A program made the translations under genes and the position numbers. Positions 23,850 through 37,142 of a DNA stretch of 55,273 nucleotides are shown piece by piece. Below the pieces are notes generated by a model that did not search any database, was not told where the DNA came from, and saw only the letters and a program-made list of their open reading frames with translations. Each line of letters starts with the position of its first letter. The stretch's first letter is position 1. This DNA comes from Nemertoderma westbladi (taxonomy: Eukaryota > Animalia > Xenacoelomorpha), in assembly GCA_032718475.1 (NCBI GenBank), contig JAUCBJ010008610.1:1-55273 (forward strand), read 5' to 3'.

Positions 23850-24420
23850 GCCGTTAGGCTAGCGTTTACGCACAAACTCTGACGACTTATTTCCAGTGCG
23901 ATCCTACCAGAACTATAGTCCCCAGAGGAAACTCCAGTACTCTTTTCCTTTAAAGGGACTAACCTAACCAGGGCGCATCCTTGAATCCTTAAATGGTACT
24001 AAATATGTACTCAGGAGTCCCGAATTGAAGGTGCGACACTGCTATTAATTTTGAAAAAAAATCCACCCACAATTATCGTATTCCAGACCCCGACTATTAT
24101 TTTTTTCTAAAAAATTTGGTACATTTTTTATTATGAGTAAATAAACATTTGTAGTATACCACCGGTAACCGTAGGTACTACTGTTGTACCTGTACGCCTA
24201 CACTGTATGTTACGTAAGTATGTTAGATTTTCCACCCACCACCTTTATTCCAGCCACCCCGACTATTAGCATAATGAAATGTTTCCACCCACCCCGTTAT
24301 TCCACCCACCCGTCTATTCGGGACTCCAGAGTACTAGAGTTTCCTCTGGGGAGTATAGTTCTGGGGGGACCGCACTGGAAATAAGTTGTTAGACTTTGTG
24401 CGTAATCGTTGGCCTAACAG
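23850..24420. mobile_element. Two inverted fragments of SINE family A in the last USP7 intron
   Basis: 23850-23942 is the reverse complement of ~24330-24420. Confidence 0.72.
24010..24331. mobile_element. TA-flanked MITE (Tc1/mariner-like) inserted in a SINE
   Basis: TIR CTCWGGAGTCCCGAAT with TA duplication. Confidence 0.75.
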
Positions 24421-24600
24421 CACAAAGCCAGAGAAAACGTAATTTTTTTACTTTTTAGAAATTTGATTTGCGCAAGTTTTTGATGCTGCTTCCCAGTAGA
24501 TGTTACTGTAATTAACACAATTTATAAACGATTAAATACAAATTACATGTTTCTTTGGTACTTCGCACTATTGTATATTATTATATTATTTTATTTTCAG

Positions 24601-24764
24601 ATACAGAAATAATTTCTCTTGAGAAATTTGGTTATGACCCAACAGCGAGACGAACTCTAGGTTGCGGTGTGTCTATGAGACCACAACTGGCTCTCAACCA
24701 TCTAAATCGGGGCCCAAAACGCGTCAAGCATAACAATGAACGCGCCATCGTGATAAAAAACTAG
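24601..24764 (+). CDS. USP7: USP7 terminal exon
   Basis: ttttcag acceptor; RPQLALNHLNRGPKR...ERAIVIKN* matches the USP7 C-terminus RPWLGLDHFNKAPKR...EKAIKIHN. Confidence 0.9.
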
Positions 24765-24957
24765 CATCAATCGGTCTCCCCCTCACACACACAACACACC
24801 TAACGGGTCTCCCCCCCACACCCGACGGGTCTTTCCACACACCCGACGGGTTTGATCAGCAATGGCTACCGTTTTGGATCAGTCAATTGGACAAGCCAGA
24901 GATACTTTGGTACGCCATCTATAGTTGTTCCTTGGAACTTACTCGAATATATTTTAA

Positions 24958-25942
24958 CCCTATCTGGCACGGGTTATTTTTACTACATAAGTGGGGGTCA
25001 TTTTAGATATTTTTTCGATTTTAGCTGAACACGGTAACTACTTGTTAAATTTAAATATATGTTCTGGCATTTCAACCATCATTTTTGGTACTATTATGGT
25101 CTCCAATGACAAAACGTTCAAGTATAAACTTTTTTCAAACTGAAAAATGTTGTCATAGGCTGGATATTTATGAAATTATACGCGTTTTAGAGATTGCTGA
25201 TCACGATGATACTAGTTGATGAAACATATTTCTGGTAATGCAACCATCATTTTTTATACAGTACCATTCTGGTGCAGGACAAAAAATGCACAAGTAGCAA
25301 AAATTCCAAATTGATAATTTTTGCCTTTGATTGGGTAATTCTGATACCGGTACTACACAAGGTATCAAGGTCGCTGATCGCGATTCAACTTGTTAAATAT
25401 ATTTTGTGTAACCTTCAATTTATTATCAATTTGTGCTATTTATATTTCGCGCCACATATTCAAAATACCCTAATCAATCATAAAGGACATTTTGAGTGTC
25501 ATATACGAATTCAGCTGCACCGAAAATCCATAAGGTCGTAAAATCATGTTCGAATTTTTTATTTATGATTATCAAATATGTGTGCTTCTTCTATTTTTCG
25601 TGCCCTTTGGCCCAAAAATAACATCCTTTGAATCGGATTCGATATATTTGAGTTCAATAATAGTGATCAGCATAAAAAAACCTTTATATACCGCAAATTA
25701 ATTAATTTTAGCGAGCCATTAAAATGTTTAAAAATTTTAGCACGAAAGATACTGGAGATGGGTGCCAGAAAGGGACCACAGCACCAAAACATAATTGGCG
25801 TTTGCGCTGTTGCATGTTCCGTTAAATTTTGGGAATGTCACAAAATCGAGGTTTTCTCAACAAATCTGACTCAAAGATACAGATGAATTACAAAAAAATT
25901 TATAAAGTGACCCCCCCCCCCCCCCCCCCTTGCCAAATAGGG
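24958..25942. mobile_element. Second piggyBac-like non-autonomous element, just downstream of the USP7 stop
   Basis: TTAA|CCCTATCTGGCA ... TGCCAAATAGGG|TTAG. Confidence 0.7.
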
Positions 25943-26650
25943 TTAGTGCCCCTATCACCCAACACATTGACGAAGGCCTAAAGTTTCCCCCATGTTGAAA
26001 ATTATCAATGGTAATAATAATTTTCTATATGAACTCAAATTACTTCTCATTCGAGAAAAACTTACTACTTTTTCCTGTAATATTATTAATTGTTACGATT
26101 TATTTAGTTTTTCTAATAAACTACTGACCTGTACCTGATTTGTAGAATATTATATTTTATTTATAACTCTGATACATTTGACCTCCTAAATCTAATAAAG
26201 ACTAATTAATTTATTGTAGATAATTTGTATTTCTATATGAACAATGCAGATAGTGGGGGGGGGGGGGGGGGGGGGTTGCTGGACAGAATCAAAATCAACG
26301 TAAATAACAGCTGATTACAAATAAATCTGTAACTTGTTCTATTGACTTTGGTTTATTGTTTTGGTTAGAATATCGTGCCACTGTAACCGGCTCATTTCCA
26401 TTAATATTATGAGATATTCCCCCCCCCCCCCCAAATTCTCTCCTGCAATGTGACTGTATGACAGGTAAAGCTATTTCCTTCGCATCATTAAATTTCAATA
26501 AATTGAAATACCAAGTTGATCGAATCCATTATTAGTTGGTTCGGGTTCCTGGTTTCTCCATAAATCAGTAAGATTATACTCCTGTAATAAATACTACCGG
26601 CCTATAAATAATATACACATTGTCGGGTCACTTTAACTCCAAAATTAGGT

Positions 26651-26822
26651 TAACGTGGACTTTCTGGACAAAAGTACCATAATTGGCACAGAAATAACCA
26701 CATCCCTTTCACTTTTAACAATCGAAATTCTGGATCAATTATTGTCTTACATGTTTGGAGGAATAGTCCTCCACTGTCTCATCGTTTTGGCGAATAAAAG
26801 CTTGTCCAGAACGTCCACATTT
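26651..26822. mobile_element. Small MITE-like inverted repeat
   Basis: GTGGACTTTCTGGACAA ... TTGTCCAGAACGTCCAC. Confidence 0.5.
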
Positions 26823-27191
26823 ACTTGCTAAGCAACACATGTCTAATAAAATATAAACTAAATAATTGATGTATATTCAATAGTATTCCAAGGTATTCAA
26901 CATACTTTGTATAATCTACTCAGTTAAACTCTATTATATTAGTAATATATAATAATATTGTATATTTTAGTAATATATAATAATATTGTATACTATCTTT
27001 AATATTGTATTAGAATTAAATATTTGCCTATGACTTGTTCACTCGTTGTTTTAATATTTCGTGTATATAAAAATCGGATATTAAAATTTCATTATATTTC
27101 GTTATTTATTATTGTTACTTAACTTGTTGTTTAATTGGTACTTGGAAACTGCCCCCGTTTGCCTTGCCGCTGCTACCTCACCTTTATAAGA

Positions 27192-29004
27192 ATCAATGAT
27201 GCTGACGACAGCAGGCAATCATCCCAGGCATGAAAATCGATCAATTTGCTTACTGGTCGAAAAAGCCAACCAACCACCAAGGTTAAGGCTGAATCACCAG
27301 CCGATCGCCTCAATGGTTGGAAAGCCCACTTTGAAAAGCTCCTCAATAATGACAGGGTATTGCCTGATAGCTTTATAGAAGTAAAAGTGTCTGAGTATGT
27401 ACTCCCAGATATTCCCATTGGTGATATCTCCTTTGCAGAAGTGAAGGCTGCTGCAAAGAGCATTAAGACCAATCGTGCCAGTGGAGTAGATGGTGTTCCC
27501 CCTGAGGTCTTTAAAATACCTGAGTGTTTAAAGCTCATCTATCCCATCATAGTAGACATGTACCGAACAACAAGAGTCCCACAAGAAATGAAAACAAATA
27601 AGTTGGTGCCAGTTCCCAAGAAGGGCAACCTAACACTCTATGGTTCTTTTCGGGGAATCTCATTGATCTCGATTGCTGCAAAGCTATACAATAGGATTCT
27701 ATTAAATCGCATCAGGGATCCCATTGAGAGACTGCTCCGTGGAAATCAGAATGGGTTCCGTAAGGTCGTGGGACCATGGAGCCCATTTTGGCACTTAGAA
27801 GGATAATTGAAGAATTATCAAAAAAGAAAGACAGGCATCTGGCTGTTATCTTTGTTGACTTCTTCAAGGCCTTTGATTCAGTCTCTCGCTCACGTATGTT
27901 CAGCATACTTTCATTATATGGGATTCCTGATGAAATTATTGCAGCAATCAGATCAGTATACGATGGTTCGACAACATTTGTATCTACTGTTGACGGTGAC
28001 ACAGAACCATTTGAAGTGTTATGGGGCATCCTCCAAGGAGACACACTTGCACCATTCTTGTTCATTATTGTGGTTGACTATGTTCTACGCATGTCCTTAG
28101 ATCATCATAATGATGACGGGGTGATGATAACTCCACCTACTGGCTCCAGAAGTCGAGGAAATCCTGCCAAGTACCTAACTGATCTAGACTTTGCTGATGA
28201 CTTAGGAGTACTCTCAGAATTATTAGAGGGAGCCCAACGGCTCCTCAGCTCATTAGAACATGCTGCTTCTAGTGTTGGTCTTTTTATTAACTCCAGAAAG
28301 ACCAAAATTTTGACAGTTAACTTTGAAAGTCCTCAGCAAGTCTCTGATCGGATGAGCATAAGCTCAAAGGATGGTATGCTTGAGCATGTGGACGACTTCT
28401 GTTACCTGGGATCATGGATCCGGAAGTCAGGTGAGGACCTTCGAATACGTAAGGGAAAGGCATGGGCAGCCTTGAATAGGCTTTCCAGGATTTGGAAGTC
28501 ACCGAGAATTAATCGGAAACTTAAGGTCCGATTATTTAGAGCAGCAGTAGTTCCAGTACTCCTCTACGGGAGTCCATGCTGGGCTCTAACTGCTGAGGAC
28601 ACCAAATCTCTGGATGGCACATTCACAAGAATGCTACGCCGGGTTCATTGTGTCAAGTACAATGCAAACATCTCCAACCAGACACTATATAACATTGGAG
28701 GTGTCTCATTGGTTCCCCCAAGCTTGACACTAGAACAAAATCGCCTCCGCTTTGCAGGACATTGCTTTCGCCGTGAGGACCAGCCAGTGCATTATCTTGT
28801 ACTTTGGCAGCCTCATGGTGTGAATAAGCATGGTGGACAGCCCATGACTTTCTTGAGACGCATCTTAAAGGACACTGGCCTTGAAGATGCGGATGATCTA
28901 GCAAATGTCATGGGTGATAGGGAGTTGTGGCGGTGCAATTTTGTAGACAAGCCGGCACAGCATTCTTAAAAATGCAGCTGCAATGCAGCATGCCGATACT
29001 AGTA
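27192..29004 (+). mobile_element. 5'-truncated copy of the same RTE-like LINE (RT half; premature stop and frameshift)
   Basis: Nearly identical to ~50553-52365; TGA for TGG at ~27231 and a 1-nt deletion near 27763. Confidence 0.93.
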
Positions 29005-29564
29005 GGGTGGGGTTTTATTTCATGCTGTTATGAATCTGTTCCATATTCAGTTCTCCAATCTGCCGCACATTTCTCAACATATTCACGTACCATCTCTGTA
29101 CATGGACTAGAAAGCTGTGTCCCGAAAGGCCACAGGCTTTCTAGTAATTCGAATAAATATGTAATTTAGGCAGCAGTCCTTAGCGAAATCAATAAATTGT
29201 AGACTTGTTGCCACAGACTGAAATCGAACCTAGCGAACCCACGTTTGATATTATGCTAATGTTGTTCACCTAAAGTTTACACTATTTTATGTACGGTAAC
29301 TTGTAATACATTATTTTTCGAGAATTTTAAATTTAGATATATTAATATTATATTAATATAATTTAGTAAATAGTTATTACAAATGCCACGACAAACAAAG
29401 AACTAGACAAGTAAAAAGCCACAATAACATCAACCTGTCTGGAAAGTCAGACGCTGGTCCTTCATGATCTCCAACGCAAACGAAATCTACCTTGGTTTAT
29501 TGTTTTGGTTAGAAACACCATAAACCCCGCTGACGCCGCGGTTGATGCGACCATTTAGCGCCTT

Positions 29565-31168
29565 TAACTCCAATACAGTAAACCGAATAGTTAGTTGGTT
29601 AACCTCCATTAACTCAGATACAGTAAACCGAATAGTTAGTTGGTTAACCTCCATTAACTCAGATACAGTAAACCGAATAGTTAGTTGGTTAACCTCCATT
29701 AACTTAGATACAGTAAACCGAATAGTTAGTTGGTTAACCTCCATTAACTTAGATACATTAAACCGAATAGTTAGTTGGTTAACCTCCATTAACTCAGATA
29801 CAGTAAACCGAATAGTTTAGTTGGTTAACCTCCATTAACTCAGATACACTAAACCGAATAGTTAGTTAGTTAACTGAATAGTTAGTTGGTTACCTTCCAT
29901 TAACTCAGATACAGTAAACCGAATAGTTAGTTGGTTAACCTCCATTAACTCAGATACAGTAAACCGAATAGTTAGTTGGTTAACCTCCATTAACTCAGAT
30001 ACAGTAAACCGAATAGTTAGTTGGTTAACCTCCATTAACTCAGATACAGTAAACAGAATAGTTAGTTGGTTAACCTCCATTAACTCAGATACAGTAAACC
30101 GAATAGTTAGTTGGTTAACCTCCATTAACTCAGATACAGTAAACCGAATAGTTAGTTAGTTAACTGAATAGTTAGTTGGTTAACTTCCATTAACTCAGAT
30201 ACAGTAAACAGAATAGTTAGTTGGTTAACCTCCATTAACTCAGATACAGTAAACAGAATAGTTAGTTGGTTAACCTCCATTAACTCAGATACAGTAAACC
30301 GAATAGTTAGTTGGTTAACCTCCATTCACTCAGATACAGTAAACCGAATAGTTAGTTGGTTAACCTCCATTAACTCAGATACAGTAAACCGAATAGTTAG
30401 TTGGTTAACCTCCATTAACTCAGATACAGTAAACCGAATAGTTAGTTAGTTAACTGAATAGTTAGTTGGTTAACCTCCATTAACTCAGATACAGTAAACA
30501 GAATAGTTAGTTGGTTAACCTCCATTAACTCAGATACAGTAAACCGAATAGTTAGTTGGTTAACCTCCATTAACTCAGATACAGTAAACCGAATAGTTAG
30601 TTGGTTAACCTCCATTCACTCAGATACAGTAAACAGAATAGTTAGTTGGTTAACTTCCATTAAGTCTCAGATACAGTAAACTGAATAGTTAGTTGGTTAA
30701 CCTCCATTAACTCAGATACAGTAAACCGAATAGTTAGATGGTTAACTTCCATTAACTCAGATACAGTAAACCGAATAGTTAATTTGTTAACCTCCATTAA
30801 CTCAGATACAGTAAACATAATAGTTAGTTGGTTAACCTCCATTAACTCAGATACAGTAAACATAATAGTTAGTTAGTTAACCTCCATTAACTCAGATACA
30901 GTAAACCGAATAGTTATTTGGTTGACCTCCATTAACTCAGATACAGTAAACCGAATAGTTATTTGGTTAACCTCCATTAACTCAGATACAGTAAACAGAA
31001 TAGTTAGTTGGTTAACCTCCATTAACTCAGATACACTAAACCGAATAGTTAGTTGGTTAACCTCCATTAACTCAGATACAGTAAACCGAATAGTTAGTTG
31101 GTTAACTTACATTAACTCAGATACAGTAAATCGAATAGATAATTGGTTAACCTCCATTAACTCAGATA
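29565..31168. repeat. 45-bp tandem satellite (~35 units)
   Basis: Unit AACCGAATAGTTAGTTGGTTAACCTCCATTAACTCAGATACAGTA; produces 15-aa periodic ORFs. Confidence 0.97.
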
Positions 31169-31799
31169 TATATATATATTTTTTATTGACCAATTACGAA
31201 GTTTGATAAATTCAATATAGTAACACCAAACGCATTAGTATAGTATCATTTAAATACAAAGGCTGAATTATTAAATTATAACTTTAATCTAGTTCACCAA
31301 AAAACTATTTATATGACTGACCTAGACACTATCATTAAGCCACAGAATAATCAATTTCATCAAATATTATTTTAAATTAAGGCTAGCTACATAACATTAC
31401 ACCAAAATATATATTTCAATTAAATCATAAACTTAGTACACAGGCGTCTATTATAACCATTATACTAAAAATGCGAATAATATATAAATTTGAATCAGAG
31501 AATTGTATTTCATTATAAAAACAAAAACAAATCAATCTTCAAGGATTCGTAGCACGTCAAAGATAAATTTAGCAAGCAAATCCATGTGTGTACAACTAAG
31601 CACTGTTTCACAGGATTGAAAATTTATTATATTTGTCAACGGTAACCTTAGAGAGGTGATAAGGGGTCAATCAAGCAACACATGTCGTTCAGTTTGGACG
31701 GACCCGCATCGACAAATTCTTGAGCTCGCTGGTATTCGCGACCAACGGCCAGTTTCCACTGCCAGATGGGTTGACAGTAATTTAAATGCGCTTAAATAA

Positions 31800-31993
31800 A
31801 TAACTTCCATAACTCAGATACAGTAAACCGAATAGTTAGTTGGTTAACTTCCATTAACTCAGATACAGTAAACCGAATAGTTAGTTGGTTAACTTCCATT
31901 AACTCAGATACAGTAAACCGAATAGTTTAAGTTGGTTAACCTCCATTAACTAAGATACAGTAAACCGAATAGTTAGTTGGTTAACCTCCATTC
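31800..31993. repeat. Second block (~4 units) of the 45-bp satellite, overlapping the GPCR 1 stop codon
   Basis: Same unit as 29565-31168. Confidence 0.93.
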
Positions 31994-32750
31994 ACACAAC
32001 AGACGACATTTAGCTATAAGTTTATTACCGATCTGAACTGCCTCTTTTCTAATCTTGGAACTAAAACCAAGTAGAATAATCGGGTTAAATAGATAGTCAA
32101 TCATTGGTAAGAGTGACTTGGAATGCAGATAAACCACAAGCGGTTTCTCCAGTAATTTGTCGCCGTATCCGTAATTAATTACGAAATAAATAATTGTCTG
32201 AGATAAATAGGATAAACCGAAAAGCATCGTTATACTAAATAACATCATAGTTATCTTTATCTGTTGTTTTTGAATTTGGGAGCGTTTCCGATTCGGCAGC
32301 TGTTGATAACGTTCGTTAATTTGATTCGAATTAAATTTATCATTTGTTTTATTTTTTAAATCATTTAGGGTTCCGTTACTTCCTCTAGAATTGGCCATGC
32401 TTAAACGTTCCGATGTATTCCAACTAAGTTTAACAACGATAGCTCCATATAACAGCATCATTAGCGTATACGTACACAGCATTACTACCGGGTATGCGAG
32501 CATGAAGTTGTTGTCATCGTTACCGAGTGAGTACAACGGGCGGTATGTTGGTATATGAACTCTAGGAGGTGTAGTTACATCTTTATGCGGCATATCCTGG
32601 GGAAGTGAAATAGAATCATGTGATTCTTTAGAAAGAAGATATCCCAATGAACCCATAATTGAAACACAGAGACATATTCCGATCAAAGATGTAACGACTT
32701 TCTTACTGACACCCAATCTAGCAGTGAACGGCCAGAATACAACTCGGAAC
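31973..32750 (-). CDS. GPCR 1 exon 3 (TM4-TM7)
   Basis: cttttcag acceptor completes DR-FRVVFWP; hydrophobic helices, KITMMLF..T..F..SY (TM6) and NPII...FS..IR (TM7/helix 8). Confidence 0.8.
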
Positions 32751-32779
32751 CTGAAAAGGGTACAAAATTTAGAAAATTA

Positions 32780-35700
32780 ACACTCACTATATATAAGTTC
32801 AATTGAAATGTATACTCACTTTATAAGTATATAAGTTCAATTTAATTATATACTCACTATATTATATAAGTTCAATTGAATTACATACTCACTATAGTAT
32901 ATAAGTTCAATTGAATTACATACTCACTATATAAGTATATAAGTTCAATTGAATTACATACTCACTTTATAAGTATATAAGTTCAATTGAATTATATACT
33001 CACTATATTATATAAGTTCAATTGAAATATATACTCACTTTATAAGTATATAAGTTCAATTGAATTACATACTCACTATATAAGTATATAAGTTCAATTG
33101 AATTACATACTCACTTTATAAGTATATAAGTTCAATTGAATTACATACTCACTATATAACTATATAAGTTCAATTGAATTACATACTCACTATATAAGTA
33201 TATAAGTTCAATTGAATTACATACTCACTATATAAGTATATAAGTTCAATTGAATTACATACTCACTATATAAGTATATAAGTTCAATTGAATTACATAC
33301 TCACTTTATAAGTATATAAGTTCAATTGAATTACATACTCACTTTATAAGTATATAAGTTCAATTTAATTATATACTCACTATATTATATAAGTTCAATT
33401 GAATTACATACTCACTATAGTATATAAGTTCAATTGAATTACATACTCACTATATAAGTATATAAGTTCAATTGAATTACATACTCACTTTATAAGTATA
33501 TAAGTTCAATTGAATTATATACTCACTATATTATATAAGTTCAATTGAAATATATACTCACTTTATAAGTATATAAGTTCAATTGAATTACATACTCACT
33601 ATATAAGTATATAAGTTCAATTGAATTACATACTCACTTTATAAGTATATAAGTTCAATTGAATTACATACTCACTATATAACTATATAAGTTCAATTGA
33701 ATTACATACTCACTATATAAGTATATAAGTTCAATTGAATTACATACTCACTTTATAAGTATATAAGTTCAATTGAATTACATACTCACTTTATAAGTAT
33801 ATAAGTTCAATTGAATTACATACTCACTATATTATAAGTATATAAGTTCAATTGAATTACATACTCACTATATAAGTATATAAGTTCAATTGAATTACAT
33901 ACTCACTATATAAGCATATAAGTTCAATTGAATTACATACTCACTATATTATAAGTATATAAGTTCAATTGAATTACATACTCACTATATAAGTATATAA
34001 GTTCAATTGAATTACATACTCACTATATAAGTATAAAAGTTCAATTGAATTACATACTCACTATATAAGTATATATGTTCAATTTAATTACATACTCACT
34101 ATATAAGTATAAAAGTTCAATTGAATTACATACTCACTATATAAGTATAAAAGTTCAATTGATTACATACTCACTATATTATAAGTATATAAGTTCAATT
34201 GAATTACATACTCACTATATTATAAGTATATAAGTTCAATTGAATTACATACTCACTATATAAGTATATAAGTTCAATTGAATTACATACTCACTATATA
34301 AGTATATAAGTTCAATTGAATTACATACTCACTATATAAGTATATAAGTTCAATTGAATTACATACTCACTATATAAGTATATAAGTTCAATTGAATTAC
34401 ATACTCACTATATAAGTATATAAGTTCAATTGAATTACATACTCACTATACAAGTATATAAGTTCAATTGAATTACATACTCACTATATAAATATATAAG
34501 TTCAATTGAATTACATACTCACTATATAAGTATATAAGTTCAATTGAATTACATACTCACTATATAAGTATATAAGTTCAATTGAATTACATACTCTCTA
34601 TATAAGTATATAAGTTCAATTGAATTACATACTCACTATATAAGTATATAAGTTCAATTGAATTACATACTCACTATATAAGTATATAAGTTCAATTGAA
34701 TTACATACTCACTATATTATATAAGTTCAATTGAATTACATACTCACTATATAAGTATATAAGTTCAATTGAATTACATACTCACTATATTATATAAGTT
34801 CAATTGAATTACATACTCACTATATAAGTATATAAGTTCAATTGAATTACATACTCACTATATAAGTATAAGAGTTCAATTGAATTACATACTCACTATA
34901 TAAGTATATAAGTTCAATTGAATTACATACTCACTATATAAGTATATAAGTTCAATTGAATTACATACTCACTATATAAGTATATAAGTTCAATTGAATT
35001 ACATACTCACTATATAAGTATATAAGTTCAATTGAATTACATACTCACTATATTATATAAGTTCAATTTAATTACATACTCACTATATAAGTATATAAGT
35101 TCAATTGAATTACATACTCACTATATAAGTATAAAAGTTCAATTGAATTACATACTCACTATATAAGTATATAAGTTCAATTGAATTACATACTCACTAT
35201 ATAAGTATATAAGTTCAATTGAATTACATACTCACTATATAAGTATATAAGTTCAATTGAATTACATACTCACTATATAAGTATATAAGTACAATTGAAT
35301 TACATACTCACTATATAAGTATATAAGTTCAATTGAATTACATACTCACTATATAAGTATATAAGTTCAATTGAATTACATACTCACTATATTATAAGTA
35401 TATAAGTTCAATTGAATTACATACTCACTATATAAGTATATAAGTTCAATTGAATTACATACTCACTATATAAGTATATAAGTTCAATTGAATTACATAC
35501 TCACTATATTATAAGTATATAAGTTCAATTGAATTACATACTCACTATATAAGTATATAAGTTCAATTGAATTACATACTCACTATATAAGTATATAAGT
35601 TCAATTGAATTACATACTCACTATATAAGTATATAAGTTCAATTGAATTACATACTCACTATATTATATAAGTTCAATTGAATTACATACTCACATACTC

Positions 35701-36218
35701 ACTATATTATATAAGTACAATTGAATTACATACTCACTATATAAGTATATAAGTTCAATTGAATTACATACTCACTATAAGTATATAAGTTCAATTGAAT
35801 TACATACTCACTATATAAGTATATATATAAGTTCAATTGAATTACATACTCACTATATTATATAAGTTCAATTGAATTACATACTCACTATATAAGTATA
35901 TAAGTTCAATTGAATTACATACTCCCTATATAAGTATATAAGTTCAATTGAATTACATACTCACTATATTATATAAGTTCAATTGAATTACATACTCACT
36001 ATATTATATAAGTTCAATTGAATTATATACTCACTATATAAGTTCAATTGAATTACATATTCACTATATAAGTATATAAGTTCAATTGAATTACATACTC
36101 ACTATATAAGTATATAAGTTCAATTGAATTACATACTCACTATATAAGTATATAAGTTCAATTGAATTACATACTCACTATATAAGTATATAAGTTCAAT
36201 TGAATTACATACTCACTA
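32780..36218. repeat. 38-bp AT-rich tandem satellite (~90 units) in GPCR 1 intron
   Basis: Unit ATACTCACTATATAAGTATATAAGTTCAATTGAATTAC with shorter and longer length variants. Confidence 0.97.
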
Positions 36219-36575
36219 TCAGCTCAATAAAGTTATATACTATTTTTCAATATTATGATGAAATCCAACTTTAAGTGCACTAAAATATCACATAATGGTC
36301 TAGAATAGCTTCGTTGCGATTTTTACAATATTGGGATAAGTGAATTAAAAAAGTTTTTCATAAGCCCGTATACTTTATTTAAATAGATATTATTGTTCTA
36401 TTAAGTTAACTGTAATTTTGCCTAATAAATTAATAAATTTTTCTTATTATTACAAAACTATTCAATTAATAATGCAAAAATATTAAAATTCCAAAATTTT
36501 TTGTGGAAAATATAAAAATGAATAAAGAATAATTACATTATATATATCTATAATATGTGTATATTATTTCCTTAC

Positions 36576-36661
36576 CTATCGCCTGCAATAACTGCATATA
36601 AACCCATAGAGAACATCTGGAAGCCACAGTCCAAACAATTTGCAGCGGTTTCAATGGGTAG
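36576..36661 (-). CDS. GPCR 1 exon 2 (TM3; not in the ORF track)
   Basis: LPIETAANCLDCGFQMFSMGLYAVIAGD(R) aligns with the paralog's FQFFAMGLYILLSCDR. Acceptor aaatag, donor GTAAGG at 36575. Confidence 0.72.
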
Positions 36662-36854
36662 CTATTTGTGGCAAGATAATGTTTATGTACCAGTTTTTGT
36701 TTTGTTTATTTCCTTTGATATTTTGTTCCCGGGTCTCAGGACATTAGATCCCGGGGGACTTTATATCCCACTTATTCAGTCCCTCGGGATATATTGTCCC
36801 CCAACAGGGTTAAGGAAGAAAGCTGTGGAATTTAAAGTGAAAGTGTCCCAGTCC

Positions 36855-37100
36855 CTCCTTGTGGAGTAGTGTTTAAATCCGTTGCTTTGAATTCACATCT
36901 CTCTTTAGGTCGTGGGTTCGATCCCTGAATGTGACGCTAGTGTAGAATTCGTTTCAGCACAAACAACGAATGCTTTTAAGTAACTAGCCAGGGCGCATAT
37001 CTGCCTTGTATCCTTAAATGGTAGCTAAATGGGTACCAGTTTCCTCTGGGGAGTATTAGGAGTGGGGGGATCGCACTGGAAATAAGTTGTAAGAATTTGT
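36855..37100 (+). mobile_element. tRNA-derived SINE (family A) inside the predicted GPCR 1 intron 1
   Basis: A-box-like GTGGAGTAGTG, B-box GGTTCGATCCC, tail GCACTGGAAATAAG. Confidence 0.78.
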
Positions 37101-37142
37101 GATGTGATAAATATACAACATTATCTGGCCACAATTACTAAC

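Noticed and set aside
29487-31206. MEVNQLTIRFTVSEL repeat ORFs
   Set aside because: Translation of the 45-bp satellite; both strands are open by chance.
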